Of a stretch of 64,000 bases of DNA, positions 28,696-37,071 are shown piece after piece. The position numbers were made by a program, and so were the translations under genes. Below the pieces are notes generated by a model, which worked only from the letters and a program-made list of their open reading frames with translations, ran no database searches and had not been told where the DNA came from. Location of the stretch: positions 128,001-192,000 of the IMG/VR virus record IMGVR_UViG_3300020048_000007. One strand, written 5' to 3'. The stretch is from a virus. Taxonomy: Duplodnaviria > Caudoviricetes. Within the stretch, counting starts at the first letter, position 1, and each line of letters starts with the position of its first letter.

Positions 28696-29627
28696 TTGAT
28701 CATTCCATCAGCTTCTTGATGATACCCAAGACCGCGCAATAACGTAGCACACCTGTGGTGATAAGTATGATTATTTAACACTTCTTCTCTTTGTTTTCGA
28801 GCGACGTCTTTTGCAAGATCTGGATTACTCAAATATCGCCCGACTAAGTTTTTATAATCCTGAGCGTCTCTAGCCACCACCATTGATGGGATCATGGCTT
28901 TAATACTAGGAACAGGATCATGTATCGCTAGGACTCCTGATAAAGCTAACTTGAAAGCTCTCTCAGGTATGTCAAACCCAAATTGTTGAGTGTGTGCTTC
29001 CGATATGCATGGACCTATCTTACCGGTATTCAGAAATTGATTTGACTGATCTTCTGGTAGTCTTTCGACTTCGTGCTTCGAGGGCCATTCTCCCCAACCT
29101 TTAACAGAACATTGGTACGTGTCAAGAACCGGCATTAGGTACTCGTCTATCGTTTTGGCCTTATAGGGCCATCTGCCCCCAAGGTATACTATATCATTAT
29201 GCCGCCATAAACCAAGATCATGATATTGCAATCTATCACCAGCTACGGGCATCGGAACCCAAGGTATACAAAATACCGTTACCCAATACGACCAAATAAT
29301 CGCGTCATTTTTTGAACCATACCCAAACACTAAGTCAGCTTTGTTGCTGACCACCCATTCTTTGTCAGCATCACTCTCGTTAATATGGCCTATATCAATA
29401 GGCCCGTATGGATTAACATGTATGGCTACTTTCGCCCTTCTAATATTTGGTATAGGCTCTTTATGCCCAGAACAGCCAATATACACATCTGGATCAAAGC
29501 TTGACCACTGCGCTAGGTCACCAGTATATCTCTGTATTTCGTGCCCTTTATCGGCGAACGCACTCATGAGTGAGTCTGTTATGTAACCCCATGCACCACC
29601 CACTCTTTTATTCATTAAGATCTTCAA
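28692..29627 (-). CDS. GT-B glycosyltransferase (CgeB / Glyco_trans_1_2-like)
   Basis: DIVYLGG, VKGWGEW, GPCISE...ERAFKLALSG, EVLNNHTYHHR, typical of the CgeB-like family. Confidence 0.8.
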   Translation of the reverse strand: MKILMNKRVGGAWGYITDSLMSAFADKGHEIQRYTGDLAQWSSFDPDVYIGCSGHKEPIPNIRRAKVAIHVNPYGPIDIGHINESDADKEWVVSNKADLVFGYGSKNDAIIWSYWVTVFCIPWVPMPVAGDRLQYHDLGLWRHNDIVYLGGRWPYKAKTIDEYLMPVLDTYQCSVKGWGEWPSKHEVERLPEDQSNQFLNTGKIGPCISEAHTQQFGFDIPERAFKLALSGVLAIHDPVPSIKAMIPSMVVARDAQDYKNLVGRYLSNPDLAKDVARKQREEVLNNHTYHHRCATLLRGLGYHQEADGMIN

Positions 29628-31537
29628 CAGTTCACCATTCCTGTTACTTTGGAAATCTGTAACTCAATTCTCTGACGAATTGTAAGCTCTTTTAGTTTAT
29701 CATGTATTGCTTTGTTTTTATCATGATGCTGATACCATCCCTCAGATCTACCATGATGAAGATGCAGAAGATTGTACGTTCTGTTGTCTAAATATTTTGA
29801 CCCTCCCGACATTCTTTCATAGAAATCACAATCTTCACACCCGTAACCCCAAAAATCCTCGTTAAATCCGCCTATTTTCCAATAAGCATCCTTTGTACAT
29901 GCCAAAGAGCCTCCCTCATAGTATCCCACAACACGCTCAAACACAGGCTCTGATACTTCTTCAGAACTATTAATGCGATCGGTACTCGCCTTATCTGCGT
30001 ACACTACCGTAGACCCCAGATGACAAGACTCATAATTGTCCAGCACATCGCTTACTTCAGATGTATACCCATTGATAGCAAGCATGTCAGCATCATGTAA
30101 GATTATCTTATTGCTTGTAGCTTTGGAAACACCAAGATTAAACGCTTTGGCTTTATTGAAAGAATGCTCCTCTGCAACATTAACTTTATAATATCTTATT
30201 GGTTCATATTGCGATACATCTATTTTTTGAGTCTGGTCTTCTTCTACTAATATTATCTCTATGTCTGGGTATTTTTGGGCTCTTATATTATTCAGTACTG
30301 TGTTGAGAGAACCAGATCGTTCCTGCTCTCTAAAAGGAACTATAAATGTGACCTTTGGAATACACGAATCTTCAGTGAAATCATGCTTTAATTTCTTCAG
30401 ACTGTCGTATTTGTCACGAGCAGATTTTAGACACTCATTCTTGTCGTCTATGGAAGTACTTTCTTTATGCAATTTAATATATGATTCACTGCTATGGAGA
30501 TCATAGTAACCTTCTTTTTGCATTTTATTTGCATAGGCTCTAGAAGACCATTCTATATGTTCCAAACCATAATATCCAAAATCCTCGTTGAATGCTCCAA
30601 CAGCACGAAAATACTCGTTTGTAAAAGCCAACAGTGCACCATGCGGTCTGTCGTTGACTACATTTAACTGTACTCCATTTACAACAGTACTCATTCCTTT
30701 ATCTGCACCATATATTCCGGCCTGTCTAAAGACGAGATGGTGCATCATCGATTTTTTCAAACCATCAGCATAGAAATATTCCCAACCAGGCTTCAATATC
30801 TCTATATCGTCATTTAACAAAATACCGTATTGAAATCTGCTTAAAGCACGTAGTAATCTGTTCGAGTTTCCAGCCACCCCAAGTCTAACATTGTTTTTTA
30901 TGACCACAATGTTTGATTGTTCACGTAATTCTTCTAAGTATGCGATTAATTCCGGGTCCGTGCTGCAATCGTCACTAACAAATACAGTCGTAGAATTTAA
31001 GTTAGTGTTTTTGTTTATACTGTCAATGAGACGCTCTAACGAGTCTTTCCTGTTGTAAGATAATATACCCACTCCGATATTGTTGCTGATTGGATATAGA
31101 CCCTTACTGTTTTTAATCAAACCAACAGCTGTTCGTTGTATTTTGATTTTTTCATCTTCCGAAAGCTGCTTACCCACGATCTTATTGACTGATTTCTGGG
31201 CTGGTACTAGCTGTCGTGTATTCTGCCTGCTGCCAATGATTGTGCGTCGCTGAGGCTGAGGCTGAGGCTGAGGCTGCCTATGATGCTGCATTAATGGAGT
31301 TATTACTGGTTTTGTTGGCGTGTTGACTTTTTCGACTTTCTCGACTTTTTGGCTTATGATTGGTATGGACGGTTTTAATGTCTCATTGTTATTCAGGTTT
31401 ATTAAAAATCCCCTCTGCCGGTAAATCTCATAATATGCAGGAAGATTCACTATTTGCCTGCTCTTGATCTTAACTATTTGTCCTTCTGGACCAGTTATAT
31501 GCACTGTATGATGGTGCGGGTTTTGGTATTCTGGCAT
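29624..31537 (-). CDS. Two-domain GT2 glycosyltransferase with N-terminal extension
   Basis: First GT-A: VGILSYNR, VSDDCS, LLNDD, FGYYGLEHIE. Second GT-A: FIVPFRE, FNKAKAFNLG, LHDAD, GGFNEDFWGYGCEDCDF (GT7C-like). Start moved to ATG 31537 behind AGGAG. Confidence 0.88.
   Translation of the reverse strand: MPEYQNPHHHTVHITGPEGQIVKIKSRQIVNLPAYYEIYRQRGFLINLNNNETLKPSIPIISQKVEKVEKVNTPTKPVITPLMQHHRQPQPQPQPQRRTIIGSRQNTRQLVPAQKSVNKIVGKQLSEDEKIKIQRTAVGLIKNSKGLYPISNNIGVGILSYNRKDSLERLIDSINKNTNLNSTTVFVSDDCSTDPELIAYLEELREQSNIVVIKNNVRLGVAGNSNRLLRALSRFQYGILLNDDIEILKPGWEYFYADGLKKSMMHHLVFRQAGIYGADKGMSTVVNGVQLNVVNDRPHGALLAFTNEYFRAVGAFNEDFGYYGLEHIEWSSRAYANKMQKEGYYDLHSSESYIKLHKESTSIDDKNECLKSARDKYDSLKKLKHDFTEDSCIPKVTFIVPFREQERSGSLNTVLNNIRAQKYPDIEIILVEEDQTQKIDVSQYEPIRYYKVNVAEEHSFNKAKAFNLGVSKATSNKIILHDADMLAINGYTSEVSDVLDNYESCHLGSTVVYADKASTDRINSSEEVSEPVFERVVGYYEGGSLACTKDAYWKIGGFNEDFWGYGCEDCDFYERMSGGSKYLDNRTYNLLHLHHGRSEGWYQHHDKNKAIHDKLKELTIRQRIELQISKVTGMVNC
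31249..31276. repeat. In-frame 6-bp microsatellite (gctgag)x4.7 encoding a Gln-Pro linker
   Basis: Directly visible; encodes QPQPQPQ in the linker of the large GT. Confidence 0.9.
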
Positions 31538-31538
31538 A

Positions 31539-32171
31539 CTATCTCCTAATCTCCACGTACAATGGTGCAAAATTTATTGGATCGTCGTCATTCAGTCTGA
31601 ACCTACTTGGTCTTATTAATAGATTCCCCTCATAAGACCCTTGCCCCTGAATGATAGCGTCAATGACTGATGGGTTAAGTATCACTGTATTTTTTGTCTT
31701 TAAAGTATTCACGAGCTTTCCAAAGACATCTTCAATAAGCCCCGGGCTCACACATTTGTTTAAGGACGTCCTCACATCTACTAACGTCAGAATATCACCA
31801 GCAATACTAAAATGATATTGTGCTTGCTCTATTTTTATGACGTTCATTAATCTAACATAGTTGACTAACTCATCCTTCACGAATTTTCTGCTAGTAATTC
31901 CAAGCGGTGTCACGTCTGATTCTAATTCTATCAGATTGCCAGCAGCATCGGAAAAAACAGTGTAGACATCATCCTTCTGGGTGTCTCGATAAATCAGAAC
32001 AGTGAGATCAACATCGCCAGGGTGTTTTTGGACATAGCAATATATATGTTCTAATCTTTTTAGTTCTGTGTGGTCGTAGTACTTGGGGTAAGGCAGGACT
32101 TTTGGTACTTTAAATGTACCAGACTGTGACGTTATGGACGTAGTCGTGTTGGCTGATCGCAAAGACGCCAT
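31539..32171 (-). CDS. Hypothetical protein
   Basis: 210 aa ORF in operon. Confidence 0.6.
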   Translation of the reverse strand: MASLRSANTTTSITSQSGTFKVPKVLPYPKYYDHTELKRLEHIYCYVQKHPGDVDLTVLIYRDTQKDDVYTVFSDAAGNLIELESDVTPLGITSRKFVKDELVNYVRLMNVIKIEQAQYHFSIAGDILTLVDVRTSLNKCVSPGLIEDVFGKLVNTLKTKNTVILNPSVIDAIIQGQGSYEGNLLIRPSRFRLNDDDPINFAPLYVEIRR

Positions 32172-32466
32172 TGGCTGAATTCCTTATCTTATCCAAGTTT
32201 AATATCCGCGTGTTTTTCTTCTGCTCTTGTTCTGTCATTGTGAAAAGCAAAAATGACATTGTCGAGAAAATAATCGATATTCTCTCTTCTTCAGGCAACT
32301 TAGCGATCAGAGTGTTACTATCACCCATTCGCTCTCCAGGTGTATAATTAGACACAACTCCGCACCAAGTCACAAACCAACCAGTCCATATCACAAAATC
32401 ACCATACGCTGGAACGTAGTCTGATATGTTCTTGTAAACAGCTAGTGAAACCTCTGTTTTAGGCAT
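32110..32466 (-). CDS. Hypothetical protein
   Basis: 118 aa ORF in operon. Confidence 0.6.
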   Translation of the reverse strand: MPKTEVSLAVYKNISDYVPAYGDFVIWTGWFVTWCGVVSNYTPGERMGDSNTLIAKLPEEERISIIFSTMSFLLFTMTEQEQKKNTRILNLDKIRNSANGVFAISQHDYVHNVTVWYI

Positions 32467-32887
32467 TATCTTCTCTCTTCAGCTGATGTTCGAAGATATT
32501 ATAGACATATCTTCCAGATGGAAGTCTCCAAACAATATCAAGCCCAACACGTGTCGCACCGAGAGCATTCTCTATATCATCATCTATTGAATATCTCAAA
32601 TTCTCTAAACCAGAAAGCCTAATGGGGGATACTACTTTGCCATTAATTCTGGTTGCCTCAGGTACTATGCTCTCTGTCTTTAGAAGATCCCTAATGTGCT
32701 CCATGCCTGCTAGAATGATCTGCCTCTGAGACTTAGACTCAGTCCCGACAGACAATGACACATCCCCGAGCATAGCGTTTACAGTACTCTCTGGATTCTT
32801 CTTTAAATCATCTGGCGCAAAATTCTTTAATAAACCGACTATATCGTTCTTAGAATTGATTTTCGGTTTCTGAATCTGCTGTGTCAT
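32459..32887 (-). CDS. Hypothetical protein
   Basis: 142 aa ORF in operon. Confidence 0.55.
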   Translation of the reverse strand: MTQQIQKPKINSKNDIVGLLKNFAPDDLKKNPESTVNAMLGDVSLSVGTESKSQRQIILAGMEHIRDLLKTESIVPEATRINGKVVSPIRLSGLENLRYSIDDDIENALGATRVGLDIVWRLPSGRYVYNIFEHQLKREDNA

Positions 32888-33266
32888 AGGTATCTGCCAT
32901 GTTGATTTTGCAAGATAAGTTCACGTCGTATGTATGTACTCTGCCCCTCCGACAAAATTCGTAAATTATATGGAAAAAATTACTAAACCCATGCAGAGCA
33001 AGAATATTCAAAACAATATTATCAAAATACCGAGATTCTTCAAAAAAACTGAAGAACATTGATATCCAGACACTGCAGCAATACCCACAAGATGTGACTT
33101 TATCGATGAATTTAAATATGCCCATAAACTTCTTATCGTGACTATCTTCCGCATATAAATATGATCTGAGTCTATCTCTGAATATCATATCAGAAATAAC
33201 AGAAGTGGTGATGAGCTCTACAGCGCGTTCTATAGCAAATGCAGATATCAGAAAATTTAGCATCAT
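32850..33266 (-). CDS. Membrane protein, DUF1360-like
   Basis: Hydrophobic segments with ERAVELIT...FRDRLR and SCGYCCSVW, like the CxxCxSVW motif of DUF1360. Confidence 0.6.
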   Translation of the reverse strand: MMLNFLISAFAIERAVELITTSVISDMIFRDRLRSYLYAEDSHDKKFMGIFKFIDKVTSCGYCCSVWISMFFSFFEESRYFDNIVLNILALHGFSNFFHIIYEFCRRGRVHTYDVNLSCKINMADTYDTADSETENQF

Positions 33267-33478
33267 TTTATTTTTCTACATTCATGATTTGTACACTGTT
33301 GTCTCTCCCGCCCGGAAATTATAATTACCATCATTACGGACTCACATAAGCTGCAGTATGATAACCGTTGCAGGTCGTCTTTAACAGCTTCTTTGTGAGT
33401 CCTGATAATCGGCTGTGGTTTATTCTCCCTATTAGAAGGAGAAGGACCTCTTCCGGCTGGTTTTCCACAACATGACAT
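33263..33478 (-). CDS. Small Cys-rich protein with C-terminal zinc ribbon
   Basis: MSCCGKP start; CSLC...CTNHEC. Confidence 0.65.
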   Translation of the reverse strand: MSCCGKPAGRGPSPSNRENKPQPIIRTHKEAVKDDLQRLSYCSLCESVMMVIIISGRERQQCTNHECRKIK

Positions 33479-33639
33479 TATCTCTTGCCTGTTATATTGT
33501 ACCCATGAATAGGTCTAGTATCTAGAGCCTGTGTCCGAACAGGCTGTCGCAGGTCTTTGACAATCACACGCTTCGGCGGTTGTTCCGGTCTATTAATTTT
33601 CTGTGCAGTGACTTTATTACCATTACATCCACACGCCAT
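33478..33639 (-). CDS. Small protein MACGCNG... (53 aa)
   Basis: Below the ORF-track cutoff. Hand translation: MACGCNGNKVTAQKINRPEQPPKRVIVKDLRQPVRTQALDTRPIHGYNITGKR. Strong RBS GGAGGT; TAATG coupling to next gene. Confidence 0.7.
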   Translation of the reverse strand: MACGCNGNKVTAQKINRPEQPPKRVIVKDLRQPVRTQALDTRPIHGYNITGKR

Positions 33640-33640
33640 G

Positions 33641-34258
33641 TTACACCTCCAAGAATAATGATGCCGGTTCTACAAACTCAGCAAAGTCTTTCCATCTAAT
33701 AAAGCTTACATCAGGAAGTTCTAAATCAACCTCGATGTAATTTTTCCTCTTACTAGTGTGACTGATGTTCATCCGTACTGGATTCATAGTATATTTATAC
33801 CTAAGCTGCGGTAATATGCCCTTTAGCCTTATAGACAATTCACCATCTATACTATCAGAAGGTATGACTATCCAATCCTGTGTTGTAGAGAATTTAAAAA
33901 ACAACATCGGATGAATCTTACGGTTTAATACTTTTGTGAGAATCTCAGCATCATATGTCGCCTGGTGCCACCAAGTAGAAAACAGGTTCTTAGATGGATT
34001 ACCAAGAATAGCATCAAAGCTAAAGCCTTTACCTGACTTAGCTTCGATGCTGAATTTAATATCACCGGTTACTGGTATCACATCTGCTGTGCTCTCACGC
34101 TCAACAACGCTGAGGTCTCTTCCCTCTACTCTGCGTCGTCTGAACTGCACACCAGTGAATTCGCCTAACAGCGATGCTACCCGACGTTCGTATGTTTTAC
34201 CTTTACGAACGTTCGATTTGCCAATCTTAGATCTATCTGGCTCTACTTTGTCTACCAT
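33641..34258 (-). CDS. PD-(D/E)XK nuclease, putative Holliday junction resolvase
   Basis: SNVRKGKTYERRVA, ADVI, FSIEAK and WWHQA motifs of the Hjc-like phage resolvase family. Confidence 0.75.
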   Translation of the reverse strand: MVDKVEPDRSKIGKSNVRKGKTYERRVASLLGEFTGVQFRRRRVEGRDLSVVERESTADVIPVTGDIKFSIEAKSGKGFSFDAILGNPSKNLFSTWWHQATYDAEILTKVLNRKIHPMLFFKFSTTQDWIVIPSDSIDGELSIRLKGILPQLRYKYTMNPVRMNISHTSKRKNYIEVDLELPDVSFIRWKDFAEFVEPASLFLEV

Positions 34259-34518
34259 TATGTGATCTTATATGTTATGACTATGGATTGATCTAGATGA
34301 TACAATACATATCCATCATCCGCCTCTAAACCCAAATATGCCTTCAAATTCGGGTAATTAGCAGAATTAGGAACTGTGTTATCCGGTATGATCAGATGCT
34401 CTAGTCTAGTAGATCTCAAAACGTTCAACGCGGTGGTTGCATCAGTCTTGTCAATTCTAGCACCAGTAGCATCCACCGTGAATGGAGCAACCGTCACATA
34501 ATGCAATAATGTAGCCAT
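34258..34518 (-). CDS. Hypothetical protein
   Basis: ORF track 34258-34530; start moved to MATLL behind GAGG; TATAAATA upstream. Confidence 0.6.
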   Translation of the reverse strand: MATLLHYVTVAPFTVDATGARIDKTDATTALNVLRSTRLEHLIIPDNTVPNSANYPNLKAYLGLEADDGYVLYHLDQSIVITYKIT

Positions 34519-34553
34519 ACTGTACCTCATGCAGATTGGAGAAACTCATAATA

Positions 34554-34561
34554 TATTTATA
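34554..34561 (-). promoter_or_regulatory. T4 late-promoter consensus TATAAATA
   Basis: Exact minus-strand match about 35 nt upstream of ATG 34518. Confidence 0.45.
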
Positions 34562-35408
34562 CAAGATTCTTTAATGGGAAAACCAAATCATTAAACTCAT
34601 TCAAAAAACCATTAATCTTACAATCCTGAGCTAATGATAAAATCGTCTGTCTATCAAAAGTTACCTGCTCAGCCAACTTCCTTCTAACATAAATCGTATT
34701 ATTTAATATCTTCGGACACATGCTTAAGTCGATTAGCAGAAGATTCCTGTTATAAATGCTTTTATCATTTAGAGCTAGAAATTCAGCCAAGAGTTTATAA
34801 TCATCAGCTAATTTAACGGCTTTCTTTGGCCCGATCCCGCGATATCCTGGAATATTATCAGATTTATCACCCTGCAAAGCTTTAACCAATACAGGATTAC
34901 TCACCGGTACCGCTATCTCCTTTTCTTTTCGTGGTTCAAAAAGTATGTTACTAGAATACCTGTAAGGTATCTGTATCATATCACTGTCTGTCGAAATCAC
35001 AACCGTCTTAGTCGGATGTAAAACTGACACAGCGGAATAAATTAAATCATCGGCCTCCATGAACTTTCTTTGATATTGTCTAACACCCATGAATTTAAAC
35101 ATCTCCTCGCAGACAGCAGTCAACTTTTTTAAATCGTCAGATATATCCGTTACATAAGGGTTCTTTTCTCTGTCTTTATATGTCGTAAGTATCTTCCTAC
35201 GCCACACATCAGATCTTGGTGCATCCCAAAACATATGTATAGATGAAGGACTATAATTTCTGATCCATAAATTAAGCAAGCGCATGAATATAACAAAAGG
35301 GTGGACTGGATGTCCACCCCTCGTTTCTTCAGCCCTATGAGCATAGACTGCTCTATAAAGCGCATTCCTGACATCGACAAGCAGAGCTGGCCGAACCTGA
35401 TCAATCAT
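34557..35408 (-). CDS. 5'-3' exonuclease / flap endonuclease (T4 RNase H-like)
   Basis: LLVDVRNALYRA, FWDAP, YKDR, MEADDLI, ISTDSDMIQ, GDKSDNIPGYRGIGPKKA (H3TH). True start is ATG 35408, coupled to the SSB stop. Confidence 0.9.
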   Translation of the reverse strand: MIDQVRPALLVDVRNALYRAVYAHRAEETRGGHPVHPFVIFMRLLNLWIRNYSPSSIHMFWDAPRSDVWRRKILTTYKDREKNPYVTDISDDLKKLTAVCEEMFKFMGVRQYQRKFMEADDLIYSAVSVLHPTKTVVISTDSDMIQIPYRYSSNILFEPRKEKEIAVPVSNPVLVKALQGDKSDNIPGYRGIGPKKAVKLADDYKLLAEFLALNDKSIYNRNLLLIDLSMCPKILNNTIYVRRKLAEQVTFDRQTILSLAQDCKINGFLNEFNDLVFPLKNLV

Positions 35409-36459
35409 CGTCGTCATCCAGTTGGTCGAGCAGGGATTTAACATCGTCGTCATCATCGTCTTCTTCTTCGATGATTGGAGCTGGCTTTGGCTTAGCCTTT
35501 TGCTCTTCGACTTTGGCAGCTTTCTTAGGAGGAGTGACTGGAGTGTCGTCTTCGTCTTCCTCAACGATAGGAGCCTTAGCCGCCTTGGCTGGCTTCCGAA
35601 CTGGTTCTTCTTCTTCATCACTATCGAAACCAGAAGAATTCGCCATTTGAGGGTTACTCTCCTCAGCATCATCTCCATAGATCAGGGTGTTGCTGAGCTT
35701 TTTGATCTTTTCGCGATCTGGTGACTCAAGTCTATCCCAAATATTAATTCTTTGGGACAATAGTTGAGTAATCATTTTAGTATTGGGGGTCCCATCTTCA
35801 TTTTTAGCGATTGGGACCGGCTTTTTGTCATTACCAACAATGAACTTGCTGGTCTTATAACCATTCGTCTTACCGTTCATTTGAACTTGTAATTCAAATA
35901 GCCATGCGGAATTCTCATCAAAGAATACGCCGTACGGTTCCAGCTCTTCATCTGGATCAATCACATCCGGAGCATCACGATTGATGCAAGCAGTCCACAT
36001 ATCGAACAGCGTCTTAGGGGCCTTATAATACATGATGCGCCCACGAAGCTCTTCCGGATTCGCCTTAACGTTTGGGAAGAAGATATTGACTACATAGCTC
36101 GAATTAGGGAGCCAGTCAGTTCTGATCTTCTGACGCTCAGCGTCTCCCAAGCTCTTGTCGCGGAGTAGTTTAAGACCAAAATCACACAGAGCGCATTCTG
36201 AACCATCATAAACACGTGGGCAAGCGTGAGGATGGTTCTGAACCCAGTGTTGACCATAGTTCACGAAGAACAGGTCCATTGATTTTTCTACGATACCAGC
36301 TTTGAGCTTATCACCTTCCAGAAGGCCAGGTAGAACGTAGAACCTATATTTCAAGGTTTCTCCTGGCTTTGCTTTGGCTGGTCTGAATTCGTCTGGGTCA
36401 GACTTGCTGCCACCGAATTCTTTTAGTTTCTTCTTAATCGCGTTCAGATCATATGACAT
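35401..36459 (-). CDS. Single-stranded DNA-binding protein, T4 gp32-like
   Basis: RFYVLP, HACPRVYDGSECALC zinc site, strongly acidic C-terminal tail (LLDQLDDDDD). Confidence 0.8.
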   Translation of the reverse strand: MSYDLNAIKKKLKEFGGSKSDPDEFRPAKAKPGETLKYRFYVLPGLLEGDKLKAGIVEKSMDLFFVNYGQHWVQNHPHACPRVYDGSECALCDFGLKLLRDKSLGDAERQKIRTDWLPNSSYVVNIFFPNVKANPEELRGRIMYYKAPKTLFDMWTACINRDAPDVIDPDEELEPYGVFFDENSAWLFELQVQMNGKTNGYKTSKFIVGNDKKPVPIAKNEDGTPNTKMITQLLSQRINIWDRLESPDREKIKKLSNTLIYGDDAEESNPQMANSSGFDSDEEEEPVRKPAKAAKAPIVEEDEDDTPVTPPKKAAKVEEQKAKPKPAPIIEEEDDDDDDVKSLLDQLDDDDD

Positions 36460-36486
36460 TGCGTAGGTCCCTTTGGGAAAAGTGCA

Positions 36487-37029
36487 TTAGCTTCGTTCTT
36501 GTTCTTGCCTTTTGAAGCCCGCTAGACTGCGAGCTAATTCTGCTTTAATTCGGAGCGCCTCAATCGTGTGGTAAATCTTACCACATGTCATCTGCGCCTT
36601 CTCATATTTTAACTCCGCATCTCTTATCTCAGAGTCTGCTTCAGCTATGGCTTTGACCTGCTCAACGGTCAATCTGACCTTGGCAATCGAAGCCTCTGAA
36701 GTGATCCTCTCTATCACCCTCCCTTTTCTAGCCTTTAGCTTCCTCTCGGCAACAGCAACCGCAAGCTTCAATTCAGAGTATATCGCAGCCCAATAGGCAT
36801 ATTGAGCAGGAAGCCTCATCATCTGGTCTTCAAGCATGTCGTAATCAAGATCTAAATCTGGCAACATATCGACCTCAATAGTCTTATATGTTAACTTACC
36901 AGTTTCTTCACTCTTAGACTCAACGACCTGAAGCTGAACCATGAACTTAAACAAAGTAGAATTAGCCAGTTCTGCTGGTAAATTCTCTTCGATCCAGATC
37001 GGACGCTTTGATTTATTCTGCTTCGCCAT
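36487..37029 (-). CDS. Recombination mediator, UvsY-like
   Basis: Helical protein (LEDQMMRLPAQYAYWA...LTVEQVKAIAEAD...IEALRIK); next to SSB; start moved to MAKQN behind GGAG. Confidence 0.55.
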   Translation of the reverse strand: MAKQNKSKRPIWIEENLPAELANSTLFKFMVQLQVVESKSEETGKLTYKTIEVDMLPDLDLDYDMLEDQMMRLPAQYAYWAAIYSELKLAVAVAERKLKARKGRVIERITSEASIAKVRLTVEQVKAIAEADSEIRDAELKYEKAQMTCGKIYHTIEALRIKAELARSLAGFKRQEQERS

Positions 37030-37071
37030 TATTGTCTCCACGTCTTAAATACACAGCTAAAGGATATAACA

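Noticed and set aside
33480-33640. Structured ncRNA or tRNA in the apparent intergenic gap
   Set aside because: The gap is fully explained by a 53-aa ORF with a strong RBS; no tRNA cloverleaf or T-loop motif recognised here or in other gaps
35409-35678. N-terminal 90-aa extension of the exonuclease in the ORF track (MEMMLRR...)
   Set aside because: It is an alternative frame of the acidic SSB tail; the real start is ATG 35408, coupled to the SSB stop
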